38,261 bases of DNA from an uncultured Acidobacteriaceae bacterium (GCA_964246065.1 CAXTPL010000008.1:1-38261); one strand, 5' to 3'; positions 10,501 to 19,812 are shown, counted from the first letter of the stretch. Made by a program: numbers and translations. Notes: generated by a model not told the origin, from the sequence alone.

Positions 10501-11309
10501 GCGCGACCGGGTCTCCAGGTGCCGCACATCCGCGTCTACGTTCCGCTGCCGGTGCTGCTGCTCTCAAAGTTTTGCACCAGACCATCATTGGCTGCGAGCG
10601 CTGCACCCGCCTGCGCACCTACTGCCAGACCATTGCGCAACAAAAGCGCCGCGCCTACCGTGATCACGAGTACTGGGGTCGCCCGGTGCCGGGCTTTGGC
10701 GACCCACGCGCCCGCGTGCTGCTTCTCGGTCTGGCGCCGGGCGCGCATGGGTCCAACCGCACCGGACGGCCCTTTACCGGCGACGGCTCCGGAGCCTTTC
10801 TTTACCCGCTTCTTTACCAGGCCGGCTTCGCTTCGCAGCCCCATGCCGTGTCTCGCGAAGACGGCATGCAGTTGCATGACTGCTGGATCACTTCTGTAGT
10901 CCGCTGCGCTCCGCCGGACAACAAACCGACCCTGGGCGAGCTGGCGGCTTGCTCAGGGTACCTCGATGAAGAACTGCAGCTGCTGCCAAGGGTGCGAACG
11001 ATCGTCGCGCTCGGCAAGATCGCCTTCGACGGCTACACCGCCTACCTGGTACGCAGCGGAGTGCTCTTGCGACGAACGGGTCTCGTCTTTACGCATGGAG
11101 CCGAGTACGCCCTGCCCGACGGTCGCACGCTGCTCGGTACCTACCATCCATCGTTACAGAACACCAACACCGGCAGGCTCACCGCGCCTATGCTGCTGCG
11201 CATCCTCCAGCGTGCGCAGGCGCTGGTTGAGGCGCCTGCCGGCAGTCCGAAGGCGGGCAACGCTCCCAAGGCCAAGAAGACCCGCACGCCGAACGACGAT
11301 CCGGAGTGA
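10497..11309 (+). CDS. Uracil-DNA glycosylase family 5 (UdgB-like, Fe-S)
   Basis: CERCTRL Fe-S ligands, motif A GLAPGAHGSNRTGRPF, RCAPPDNKP, motif B YHPSLQN. Confidence 0.93.
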   Translation: MSATGSPGAAHPRLRSAAGAAALKVLHQTIIGCERCTRLRTYCQTIAQQKRRAYRDHEYWGRPVPGFGDPRARVLLLGLAPGAHGSNRTGRPFTGDGSGAFLYPLLYQAGFASQPHAVSREDGMQLHDCWITSVVRCAPPDNKPTLGELAACSGYLDEELQLLPRVRTIVALGKIAFDGYTAYLVRSGVLLRRTGLVFTHGAEYALPDGRTLLGTYHPSLQNTNTGRLTAPMLLRILQRAQALVEAPAGSPKAGNAPKAKKTRTPNDDPE

Positions 11310-11474
11310 GATCAGCCCTCCGCCAAAAGGCTGTTTTGTCTTGTTCTCGTACACTCCTGGCGGCCGCCGGCGTGTCGTACATCTTCCTGTTCTGGCCGGG
11401 CATCTGCTGGCACTGAGTCGAGTGAGCCTCCACCCCGGGGCCACCGACAGCAACACTACGCCCGGAGGCAGCCC

Positions 11475-11630
11475 ATGCTGGTTGACATACTTCTTGTAAT
11501 TCTCGTGTTGATGCTGGTTGGTTCTTTACCCACCTGGGGCTATAGCCGCAACTGGGGCTACTACGGCACCGGCGGCATTGGTACCGTGCTGCTGCTGGTT
11601 GTGCTGCTCATGCTGCTGCACGTTTTCTAG
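11475..11630 (+). CDS. DUF3309-family small membrane protein (51 aa; missing from the ORF track)
   Basis: Manual translation MLVDILLVILVLMLVGSLPTWGYSRNWGYYGTGGIGTVLLLVVLLMLLHVF; LPTW.YSR.WGY..GG.G is the DUF3309 pattern; GGAGG RBS 6 nt upstream. Confidence 0.9.
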   Translation: MLVDILLVILVLMLVGSLPTWGYSRNWGYYGTGGIGTVLLLVVLLMLLHVF

Positions 11631-11635
11631 GCTGG

Positions 11636-11688
11636 GCGGGCGGGGAGCGCCCAAGGTCCCGCGCAGAAACCTTGGACGCTCCACCCGC
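11636..11688. terminator. Imperfect GC-rich hairpin between convergent genes (possible terminator)
   Basis: GCGGGCGGGGAGCGCCCAAGGT (11636-11657) is nearly complementary to ACCTTGGACGCTCCACCCGC (11669-11688). Confidence 0.5.
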
Positions 11689-11799
11689 ACGGAAAAGAAG
11701 CGCCCTAGCCGCGCCGCGAGAGGACGCACTGGAGGTACGCACTCTCGACCCGTATCCTAGCCGCGTTCGCTTGACCCGCACTCCTTGACCTGCAGCACT

Positions 11800-12105
11800 T
11801 CAGGCTCGCGGGGCTTTCTCCGCCAGCACGTCGATCTTGTGGATGGCCGGGGGCTGCGCGAAAAGCTCGTCTGCGCGCGCCATCAAGGCCTGGGCGATCT
11901 GGCCGTGCAGGTGCGCTTCGCGCCCTTGTTCATCGTCAAACGTGTCAAAGATGGCGAAGCGCGAGCCGGTGAGCCGCACCGCAAACCACGCGTTTGTGGC
12001 CGGTTCGGCCGTCGCCAGCGGCAGCGCGGATGTAAGAAAGGCTTCTACTTCGGACTCTTTGCCGGGCCTGGCTTCAAGCTCTGCCCACAGGGCTAGTTTG
12101 CTCAC
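11800..12105 (-). CDS. Antibiotic biosynthesis monooxygenase (ABM)/putative quinol monooxygenase family protein
   Basis: LEARPGKE..V..FL...AEP.T..WFA...FAIFDTF.DE.GR.AHL.G.IA..L pattern; GTG at 12105 after GGAGG. Confidence 0.88.
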   Translation of the reverse strand: MSKLALWAELEARPGKESEVEAFLTSALPLATAEPATNAWFAVRLTGSRFAIFDTFDDEQGREAHLHGQIAQALMARADELFAQPPAIHKIDVLAEKAPRA

Positions 12106-12325
12106 GTCGTGTTTCCTCCAAGTTGCTAGATAAAACGTTTGGATGCGCAGTGCGGATGCGGCACCCATTCAGCGGCCCAGGATCGTTCAAGGGATCAAGA
12201 TTGCTCGCTCCTGTCTTCGCTCGCGCCCGAAGCACATCCCACGAGACCCCTCAAACCACACCTCCGGCCGCCACTAGAAGAACAACGCTGCCGGGCAACC
12301 TCGCTACAATCGACACAGACCCGCC

Positions 12326-13369
12326 ATGCGAGTGTTTCTTACAGGTTCAACCGGCTTTCTGGGAGCCCATGTGGCCCGCGAACTTGCGGCCAGGGGAGCG
12401 AGCCTCCGTCTGCTCGTCCGGGCCTCCAGCAGCCTGGCCAACCTTGAAGGGCTGCCCGCCGAGACCGTTGTCGGCGACCTGCTCCAGCCGGAAAGCCTGA
12501 GGCCCGGCATCCGGGATTGCGATGCCGTAATGCACGTGGCTGCCGACTACCGGCTTTGGGTCCGCAACCCGGCCCAGATGTATGCGGCCAATGTCGAAGG
12601 CACCCGCGCGCTGCTGCGCATGGCGCGCGAAGCACAGGTCCCCCAGGTGGTCTACACCTCCAGCGTGGCAACCATGGGCTTCCAGCGCAACGGCATGATT
12701 GTCGACGAAACCACCCCGGTCTCGCTCGACAACATGGTCGGCCACTACAAGCGCTCGAAGTTTCTTGCCGAGCAGGTCGCCCTGGAGGCCGCGGCTCTGG
12801 GTGCGCAGGCCGGGCAGCGGGTCATGATTCTGAACCCGACCACGCCGGTCGGCGCCTACGACGGCAAGCCTACGCCCACCGGGCGCATCCTGGTCGATTT
12901 TCTCAACCGACGCTTTCCTGCCTACATGGACACGGGGCTCAACCTGGTCGATGCCACGGAAGTGGCGCGCGCGCACGCCGCGGCTCTGGAGCGGGGACGC
13001 CCTGGCGAGCGCTATATCCTGGGCGGCGAAAACCTTACCCTCAAGCAGATCCTGGACAAGATGTCGGCGATCACCGGCCTGCCTTCTCCGCGGTTCTGCG
13101 TGCCAAACGCGGCGGCCATGGCCTTTGCTTTCTTTGACGAGTGGATCACCGGGCGCATGCTCGGCAAGGAGCCGCGCGCCACCGTGGAAGCCGTGCGGAT
13201 GGGGCAGAAAAAGATGTTTGCTTCCTCTGCCAAGGCGGAGCGCGAGCTCGGCTTCCACGTGGTGCCGGTGTACCACGCGCTCCGGTCGGCGATCGACTGG
13301 TTTCGAGCGCACGGCTATGCGCCGCCCGAGGCAGCTGCCGCCGCCCCGGCATTTGGCGGCCCGGCGTGA
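12326..13369 (+). CDS. hpnA: Hopanoid-associated sugar epimerase (extended SDR)
   Basis: TGSTGFLG, HVAADYRLW, YKRSK, KPTPTG, GERYILGGENL; first gene of a hopanoid operon. Confidence 0.92.
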   Translation: MRVFLTGSTGFLGAHVARELAARGASLRLLVRASSSLANLEGLPAETVVGDLLQPESLRPGIRDCDAVMHVAADYRLWVRNPAQMYAANVEGTRALLRMAREAQVPQVVYTSSVATMGFQRNGMIVDETTPVSLDNMVGHYKRSKFLAEQVALEAAALGAQAGQRVMILNPTTPVGAYDGKPTPTGRILVDFLNRRFPAYMDTGLNLVDATEVARAHAAALERGRPGERYILGGENLTLKQILDKMSAITGLPSPRFCVPNAAAMAFAFFDEWITGRMLGKEPRATVEAVRMGQKKMFASSAKAERELGFHVVPVYHALRSAIDWFRAHGYAPPEAAAAAPAFGGPA

Positions 13370-14088
13370 AGGCGGTCGGCCTTGTTGCGGCGCTGCCGGG
13401 GGAGCTGGCACCGCTGGTGCGCGGCTGGGCTCGCTCCGGCGCGGTGCACCTCGGCACCCTTTCGCCGGAGGACGGGCAGGCGATCCGGATCTACGCCGCC
13501 GCTGCCGGCATGGGCGGCCCTGCTGCCGCGCGCGCCTTTGCCCTGGTCAGGGCTGCGGCCGAGGCCCAAGGCCGCACACTCGACGCGGTTGTCTCCTACG
13601 GCTGGGCGGGCGCCATCTCCTGCGGGGTCAAGCCGCCGGAGGTACACGTGGCTGCCGAGGTGATCGAGAGCCGCACCGGCGAGCGCTTCCTGGCAGGGAG
13701 CCAGTCTCCCCGGCAAGGCGCACGGCTGCGCCTGGTGACCATTGACCACATCGCGCGGCCTGGCGAAAAGCGTGCCCTCGCGGAACGGCATCAAGCCGTC
13801 CTCGTGGACATGGAAGCCGCAACGGTGGCGCGGCTTGCACGGGCACACGGGCTGGAGTTTCACTGCGTCAAGGGCATCTCTGACGGGTACACGGACGCGC
13901 TGCCTGACTTCAACCGCTTTCTCGACGCGAAAACCCGGCTGCAGCTTCGCAGGTTCATTCTGCATGCGCTTGCGCATCCCGCTCAGTGGCATGCACTGGT
14001 CAAGCTGGGGCGCCAAAGCAAGGCTGCGGCCGAAGCGCTGGCCAGGGAACTGCCCGGATGCCTGGCGGGCACAAGATTGATATCCTGA
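13366..14088 (+). CDS. hpnG: Hopanoid-associated nucleoside phosphorylase/nucleosidase (PNP_UDP_1 family)
   Basis: VAALPGE N-terminus, SYGWAGA, VDMEAA, KGISD; GTG overlaps the hpnA stop. The hpnG name rests on family plus context. Confidence 0.78.
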   Translation: MKAVGLVAALPGELAPLVRGWARSGAVHLGTLSPEDGQAIRIYAAAAGMGGPAAARAFALVRAAAEAQGRTLDAVVSYGWAGAISCGVKPPEVHVAAEVIESRTGERFLAGSQSPRQGARLRLVTIDHIARPGEKRALAERHQAVLVDMEAATVARLARAHGLEFHCVKGISDGYTDALPDFNRFLDAKTRLQLRRFILHALAHPAQWHALVKLGRQSKAAAEALARELPGCLAGTRLIS

Positions 14089-14093
14089 GCAGG

Positions 14094-15215
14094 ATGAGCA
14101 TGAGCGAAGCTGTTCTTGAGGTCCAAGCCCGGGTGCTCCCCCGCACCATGCAGGCCGCGGTCTATCGCGGTATCAACGACGTGCGGGTAGAAGAGGTACC
14201 GGTACCGGAGATCGGCGCGGGCGAGGTGCTGCTGCGCGTTGAGGCTTGCGGCATCTGCGGCACAGATCTGAAGAAGATCCACAGCGGCTCCCATTCGGCG
14301 CCCCGCGTCTTTGGGCATGAGACTGCCGGCACGGTGGCGGCCATCGGTGCCGGTGTGACCGGTTTTGCTGTCGGCGACCGCGCCATGGTTTTTCACCATT
14401 CGCCCTGCGGCCACTGCTACTACTGCCGCAAAAAGACCTTTGCCCAGTGCGAAGACTACAAACGGGTCGGCGTCACAGCAGCCTTTGAGCCCTCCGGCGG
14501 AGGGTTTGCCGAGTACGTTCGTGTCATGGACTGGATCGTCGAGCGCGGGCTGGTGAAGATTCCGGATGGCATCCCGTTTGAGCAAGCAGCGTTTATTGAG
14601 CCGGTCAACACTTGTTTGAAGGCTATCCGGAATCTGAAGCTGGCAGCCGACGAGACGGTTCTGGTCATCGGGCAGGGACCGATCGGCGTCCTGCTGGCCG
14701 CGCTGGCGGCGCGCACCGGCGCCAAGGTGCTTACCTCTGACCTGTACCCGGCACGCCATGCCATCGCAGCCAATTACGGCTTGCGCCACCCTATCGACGC
14801 ATCGAAAGAAGATGTGGTGGCGCGTGCGCACCAGGAGAGCGAAGGGCGCGGCGCCGACGTCGTGATCCTCGCCGTTGCAGGCGACCCGCTCATCCGCATA
14901 GCGATGAACGCGGCACGGTGCGGCGGGCGCATCCTGCTCTTTGCGCAGACCCAGCACGGTGAAGCGTCGATAGATCCGGCCGCCATCTGCATGGATGAAA
15001 AATCGCTGGTCGGCAGCTACAGCTCCTCGGTCGACATCCAGGAGGAAGGCGCACAACTGGTATTTGACGGCTACCGCTCGGGCTTTGATCTGACTCGCCT
15101 GATCTCGCATCGGTACCCTCTCGAGGACGCAGTGGAAGCAATCGAGATAGCCTCGCACCCCACGGCTACCTCTATGAAAATCTTTCTGTATCCACAGGCT
15201 GGCAAGCAGGAATGA
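14094..15215 (+). CDS. Zinc-dependent MDR dehydrogenase (sorbitol/threonine dehydrogenase-like), copy 1
   Basis: GICGTD, GHE, CGHCYYC...C structural Zn site, EP, GQGPIG; Asp after Rossmann strand 2 (VLTSD). Start at 14094 or 14100. Confidence 0.92.
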   Translation: MSMSEAVLEVQARVLPRTMQAAVYRGINDVRVEEVPVPEIGAGEVLLRVEACGICGTDLKKIHSGSHSAPRVFGHETAGTVAAIGAGVTGFAVGDRAMVFHHSPCGHCYYCRKKTFAQCEDYKRVGVTAAFEPSGGGFAEYVRVMDWIVERGLVKIPDGIPFEQAAFIEPVNTCLKAIRNLKLAADETVLVIGQGPIGVLLAALAARTGAKVLTSDLYPARHAIAANYGLRHPIDASKEDVVARAHQESEGRGADVVILAVAGDPLIRIAMNAARCGGRILLFAQTQHGEASIDPAAICMDEKSLVGSYSSSVDIQEEGAQLVFDGYRSGFDLTRLISHRYPLEDAVEAIEIASHPTATSMKIFLYPQAGKQE

Positions 15216-15221
15216 GCGGCA

Positions 15222-16301
15222 ATGGTAGCGATTAACCGGAAGATGCGTGCGGCCGTGCTCTACGGCAAAGAGGACCTGCGAGTAGAGCAGGTGCCGGTGC
15301 CTCGCGCAGAGCCCGGCGAGCTCATCGTGCAGGTGGGGGCGGCACTTACCTGTGGGACCGACCTGAAGGTCTTTCGACGCGGCTACCATGCGCGCATGCT
15401 GCGGCCGCCCATCCAGTTTGGGCACGAACTGGCCGGCACCGTCGCCGAGGTAGGCGCCGGGGTGGGGAACTTCTCGCTCGGCGACCGCATCGTTGCCCTC
15501 AACTCAGCCCCTTGCGATCGCTGCTTCTGGTGCGGGCACGGGCAGCAAAACCTGTGTGAAGATCTCCTGTTTAACAACGGCGCTTATGCCGACTACCTGC
15601 GGGTGCCGGCGCGCATCGTTGAAAAAAACACGCTGCACCTGCCTGACGCTCTGCCGCTTGAACACGCCGCGCTGACCGAGCCGCTGGCCTGCGTGATGCG
15701 CGGCCTGGAAGAAAGCGGAGCCCACGCGGGCGACCTCATGGCTGTCATCGGCGCGGGACCGATCGGTCTGCTCTTCGTCCATGCAGCCGCGCTCGCCGGC
15801 CTTGAGGTTATTGCGGTCGTCAAGCGCGATGAGCAGATCGGCGCGGCGCGTGCGGTCGGTGCGGCCCACGTAGTCCATACCGCGGCCGAGCGCGACCCGA
15901 TCGCCGCCGTGCGCGCGCTCACCCCAGGCGGACGCGGCGTTGATATCGCGATTGAAGCCGTTGCCGTTCCTGAAACCTGGCAGTGGGCCGTAGAGATGGT
16001 CCGTCGCGGCGGCACCGTCAACTTTTTCGGCGGTCCGCCCGCCGGTACCCGTGTACGCCTAGATACCAACCTGCTGCATTACGGCGAGATCACGCTGAAG
16101 GCCAGCTTCCACCACACGCCGTCTTCTGTGCGCGCAGCCTTTGCCCTGCTCACCGGCAGCCGCTTTCAGAGTGAGCGCTTTATCACCGGTCATGCCTCCT
16201 TGTCCGAGATTGGGGAGGTCTACGAGCGCATGTCGGAGGGCCGCCTGGCAGGGCCGGATGCGCATGGCAGCATCGACATCAAAACGGCGATCATCCCGTG
16301 A
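15222..16301 (+). CDS. Zinc-dependent MDR dehydrogenase (sorbitol/threonine dehydrogenase-like), copy 2
   Basis: TCGTD, GHE, CDRCFWC...C, EP, GAGPIG; VIAVVKR after Rossmann strand 2; stop overlaps the hpnC start. Confidence 0.92.
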   Translation: MVAINRKMRAAVLYGKEDLRVEQVPVPRAEPGELIVQVGAALTCGTDLKVFRRGYHARMLRPPIQFGHELAGTVAEVGAGVGNFSLGDRIVALNSAPCDRCFWCGHGQQNLCEDLLFNNGAYADYLRVPARIVEKNTLHLPDALPLEHAALTEPLACVMRGLEESGAHAGDLMAVIGAGPIGLLFVHAAALAGLEVIAVVKRDEQIGAARAVGAAHVVHTAAERDPIAAVRALTPGGRGVDIAIEAVAVPETWQWAVEMVRRGGTVNFFGGPPAGTRVRLDTNLLHYGEITLKASFHHTPSSVRAAFALLTGSRFQSERFITGHASLSEIGEVYERMSEGRLAGPDAHGSIDIKTAIIP

Positions 16302-17266
16302 ACGCCGCCGCACCGTGCAACCGCGAAGCGCTGCTTGAGCAGGCATGGGCCGCACTGCCGGCAGACTATCGCATGCCCGCCGTGCCGCCGAGCCTTGCCC
16401 AGGCGCAGGCGTGGTGCCGCAGGCTGGCGGAGTCGCACTATGAAAACTTCCACGTCGCCAGCTGGTTTTTGCCGCAGCGATTGCGCCCGCACTTCCACTC
16501 CATCTATGCCTACTGCCGGGTGGCCGACGACCTCGGCGATGAGGTCGGCAGCACGGAACAGTCGCTGGCTTTGCTCGAGTTTTGGAACAAGGAGCTCGAT
16601 GCTTGCTACCGCGGGGTCGCAAGGCACCCCGTATTTGTAGCACTGGCTGCGACGATTGCCGCCTGCGACATTCCCAGGGAGCCGTTCGCGGACCTGCTAA
16701 CCGCCTTTCGGCAGGACCAGACGGTAACCCGCTACCCAACGATTGACGATGTGCTGCACTACTGCCGCTACTCGGCCAACCCGGTAGGCAGGCTGGTGCT
16801 GTATGCTGCCGGCTATCGCGATGCGGAGCGCTTTCGCCTGTCGGACCAGACCTGCACGGCGCTGCAGCTGGCAAACTTCTGGCAGGATGTTTGGCCCGAT
16901 TATGCCGAGCGCGGCCGCGTCTATTTTCCGCAGGCCGACATGGCTCGCTTCAAGGTGACCGAGGCCATGATCGCCGAGCGTACCCCTACACCGCAGTTCC
17001 GCGAGCTGATGCGGTACGAGGTAGGGTATGCGCGCATCCTCTTCCGCAATGGCCAGCCGCTGTCTCGCATGGTCGACTCTGAGTTGGCCGTCGACCTGGA
17101 CCTTTTCTCGCGCGGCGGCCTGGAAATCCTCCGCGCCATCGAGCAGAAAAACTTTGACACGCTTTCGGCGCGTCCTTCGATCTCCAGGCCGCGCAAAGCG
17201 GCTCTGCTTTTCCGCGCGCTGGCCGGCAAGTTGCTGGGGCTTGGCGGGAGTTCGCCCCGCGCGTGA
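16298..17266 (+). CDS. hpnC: Hydroxysqualene synthase HpnC
   Basis: SHYENFHVAS, ADDLGDE, AFRQDQ, YSANPVGRLVL, LQLANFWQD. Confidence 0.95.
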   Translation: MNAAAPCNREALLEQAWAALPADYRMPAVPPSLAQAQAWCRRLAESHYENFHVASWFLPQRLRPHFHSIYAYCRVADDLGDEVGSTEQSLALLEFWNKELDACYRGVARHPVFVALAATIAACDIPREPFADLLTAFRQDQTVTRYPTIDDVLHYCRYSANPVGRLVLYAAGYRDAERFRLSDQTCTALQLANFWQDVWPDYAERGRVYFPQADMARFKVTEAMIAERTPTPQFRELMRYEVGYARILFRNGQPLSRMVDSELAVDLDLFSRGGLEILRAIEQKNFDTLSARPSISRPRKAALLFRALAGKLLGLGGSSPRA

Positions 17267-18216
17267 TCAACGTGAATCCCGCACCCAGCCTTGAAGATGC
17301 ATACCGTACCTGCAGACAGATTGCACGGCGCGAGGCGAAGAACTTTTACTACGCCTTTCTCGCGCTGCCGGCAGCCAAGCGCGATGCCATCTGCGCGGTG
17401 TACGCCTTTATGCGCCAGGCCGATGACCTGGCCGACGATGAGTCCGACACTCGCGAACACCGCCGCGCCCGGCTGTCGCAGTGGCTCAACGACTGGAACG
17501 CCGCGGTGCACTCCGGCGTGTCCGGCGATCCGGTCTTTGTTGCACTGGCCGATGCGCGATTGCGCTGCAACATCCCTCTTGAGCTGCTTGAAAAACTGGT
17601 TGCCGGCACAGCCATGGACCTCGACCCGGCCTACGATCCCGCGCCCGGCGGCGGCGCGACGACGGCTCCCGTGACCTACTCTACCTTCGTCGACTTGTAC
17701 GAGTACTGCTACCTGGTGGCTTCGGTCGTGGGCCTGGTCTGCATCCGCATCTTCGGCTACACCGACCCTGCTGCCGAACACCTGGCCGAAGAGTTAGGCA
17801 TTGCTTTTCAGCTCACCAACATTCTCCGCGACATCCGCGAGGATGCGGAGCGAGGCCGCATCTACCTACCCTTGGAAGATCTGGCTGCGCAGGAGCTTTC
17901 TCCCCAGCTCATCCTCGAGCACGGTGCCCGCCCCGTGAGCAGCGCCGTACGCAAACTTCTCGGCATTGAGGCGTTGCGAGCGGAAAGCTACTACCGGGCG
18001 GGCCGGCGATTGCTGCCGCTGATTGACGCGGATAGCCGCCCTGCGCTCTGGGTGCTCATCGCTATCTACCATCGGCTGCTTACCCGCATCACCCGGGCGC
18101 GCTTTGAGGTGTTCTCTGCGAGAATAAGGGTACCCGCGCGAGAAAAGTTAGGGATCCTTGCCTGGGGGCTCCTCGGGACTGCGCGGCACCGTCTCCTTGG
18201 TCGATTGTCTCGATAA
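17263..18216 (+). CDS. hpnD: Presqualene diphosphate synthase HpnD
   Basis: NFYYAF, ADDLADDE, YCYLVASVVG, LGIAFQLTNILRDI.ED..RGRIYLP; lies between hpnC and hpnE. Confidence 0.93.
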   Translation: MINVNPAPSLEDAYRTCRQIARREAKNFYYAFLALPAAKRDAICAVYAFMRQADDLADDESDTREHRRARLSQWLNDWNAAVHSGVSGDPVFVALADARLRCNIPLELLEKLVAGTAMDLDPAYDPAPGGGATTAPVTYSTFVDLYEYCYLVASVVGLVCIRIFGYTDPAAEHLAEELGIAFQLTNILRDIREDAERGRIYLPLEDLAAQELSPQLILEHGARPVSSAVRKLLGIEALRAESYYRAGRRLLPLIDADSRPALWVLIAIYHRLLTRITRARFEVFSARIRVPAREKLGILAWGLLGTARHRLLGRLSR

Positions 18217-19662
18217 ATGACTCACCCTGCTGTGTCCTTGCCTCGCTCCCAACCAACCCGGCTCGCCGCGCGGCGCGTCACGGTCGTCGGCGCGGGTGTG
18301 GCCGGCCTTGCTGCCGCCTGTGCGCTGGCCGAAGCAGGTCACTTGGTTACCCTGGTCGAACGGCGCCCGTATGTTGGCGGGCGTGCATCGTCCTACCGGC
18401 ACCCGGGCACAGACGAGGTCATCGACAACTGCCAGCATATTCTGCTCGGCTGCTGCACCAACCTGCTTGATTTCTTCAAGCGGCTCGATGTCCTTGAGAA
18501 GATCACCTGGTTTGATCGCTTCACCTACATCGAGCCTTCGGGCCGCCGCAGCGTGCTTGCTCCCGCAAAGCTGCCTGCGCCCCTGCATACCTTGCCGGCA
18601 TTCTTGAGCATCAAGGCCTTTTCGCTGCGCGATAAACTCGCCATCGCGCGCGGCCTCCTGCCCTTTCTGCAGGGCCTCCCTCCAGACACAGCAGAAAGCT
18701 TCGGCGCCTGGTGCGTGCGGCATCGCCAAACTCCAGGCGCAATCAAACGCTTTTGGGAGCCCATCCTTGCGAGTGCTCTCAATGACGATCTCCACCTGCT
18801 CTCCGTGCACGACGCAGGCAAGGTCATCCGCGACTCTTTCCTCAGCTCAGCCGAGGCCGGGCGCTTCGGCGTTCCGAACCTCCCGTTGAGCGAGTTGTAC
18901 AGCGCCGCTTTAAACTACCTCGCCGCGCGCGGGGGCGCCGTCCATCTGCGCGCGAGCATCGACGCGATCGAGCAAGAGGCCGGCGGCGGCTGGTGCGTCC
19001 GCGCAGGCGATCTCGCGGTACAAAGCGATGCCGTGATCCTCGCGCTGTCGTTTGAGGCGATGCAAAAGTGTTTGCCGTTGCTGCCGGCAAACAGCGAGGC
19101 TGAGCGGCTGGCGCAACATCTTGCCTACTTTAAACACTCACCCCTTACCAGCGTTCACCTCTGGTTCGATCGTGAGATCACCGAGCTGCCCCATGCCGTG
19201 CTGCTCGATACAACCATCCAGTGGATGTACAACAAGACCAGGCTCCAGCCGAGGCGCAGCGATGAGCCGGGTACCTATATGGAGCTCATCGTCTCTGCAT
19301 CGAAGACACTGATCCCCATGCAGCGCCAGCAGATCATCGATCTCGCCATGCGGGAGCTCGCACTCTTTTTTCCAGGGGTAAAGCAGGCAACGCTGCGCAA
19401 GGCCGCTGTGACCAAGGAGGTGCGCGCTACTTTTTCGCCGCGCCCCTTGCTCCACCTGCACAGGGCTGCTGCTGACAGCCCTTGGCCCGGCATCTACCTG
19501 GCCGGCGACTGGACCGCGACCGGCTGGCCGGCAACCATGGAAGGCGGCGTGCGCAGCGGCTACCTGGCTGCCGAGGCTTTCTGCCGGAGCCTGCGACATC
19601 CACAACGCTTTCTCGTGCCGGACCTCCCGGCCTCTGGGCTCATGCGCCTGTTCAGCCGTTAG
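18217..19662 (+). CDS. hpnE: Hydroxysqualene dehydroxylase HpnE (FAD-dependent)
   Basis: GAGVAGL, GGRASS, IDNCQHILLGC, LAGDWTATGWPATMEGGVRSG. Confidence 0.95.
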   Translation: MTHPAVSLPRSQPTRLAARRVTVVGAGVAGLAAACALAEAGHLVTLVERRPYVGGRASSYRHPGTDEVIDNCQHILLGCCTNLLDFFKRLDVLEKITWFDRFTYIEPSGRRSVLAPAKLPAPLHTLPAFLSIKAFSLRDKLAIARGLLPFLQGLPPDTAESFGAWCVRHRQTPGAIKRFWEPILASALNDDLHLLSVHDAGKVIRDSFLSSAEAGRFGVPNLPLSELYSAALNYLAARGGAVHLRASIDAIEQEAGGGWCVRAGDLAVQSDAVILALSFEAMQKCLPLLPANSEAERLAQHLAYFKHSPLTSVHLWFDREITELPHAVLLDTTIQWMYNKTRLQPRRSDEPGTYMELIVSASKTLIPMQRQQIIDLAMRELALFFPGVKQATLRKAAVTKEVRATFSPRPLLHLHRAAADSPWPGIYLAGDWTATGWPATMEGGVRSGYLAAEAFCRSLRHPQRFLVPDLPASGLMRLFSR

Positions 19663-19737
19663 CGCCTGTACAGCCGTTATCGCCAGTCCGTCACGGGCCG
19701 TCCAGTCCGCCGCGACCGTCCAGTCCGCTCCGTACCC
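19647..19737. repeat. Degenerate 18-19-bp tandem repeat (5 units) spanning the hpnE stop codon
   Basis: Units starting CC(T/A)GT at 19647, 19665, 19683, 19702 and 19720; units 1-2 nearly identical, units 3-5 share CCAGTCCG. Confidence 0.6.
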
Positions 19738-19812
19738 CGGGGACGATCCGCATCCATTCCGCATCAGAAATCTGGTACGCCTCCGCCGGGGGCAAGGAGC
19801 GCGCCCAGACGC

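Noticed and set aside
11313-11341. Terminator after the UDG gene (CAGCC...GGCTG followed by TTTT)
   Set aside because: Only a 5-bp stem with an 11-nt loop; too weak to list as a feature.
16298-19662. Carotenoid (crtB/crtI) interpretation of the synthase/desaturase genes
   Set aside because: HpnC- and HpnE-specific motifs, C-D-E order and the hpnA/hpnG/hpnJ context indicate the squalene pathway.
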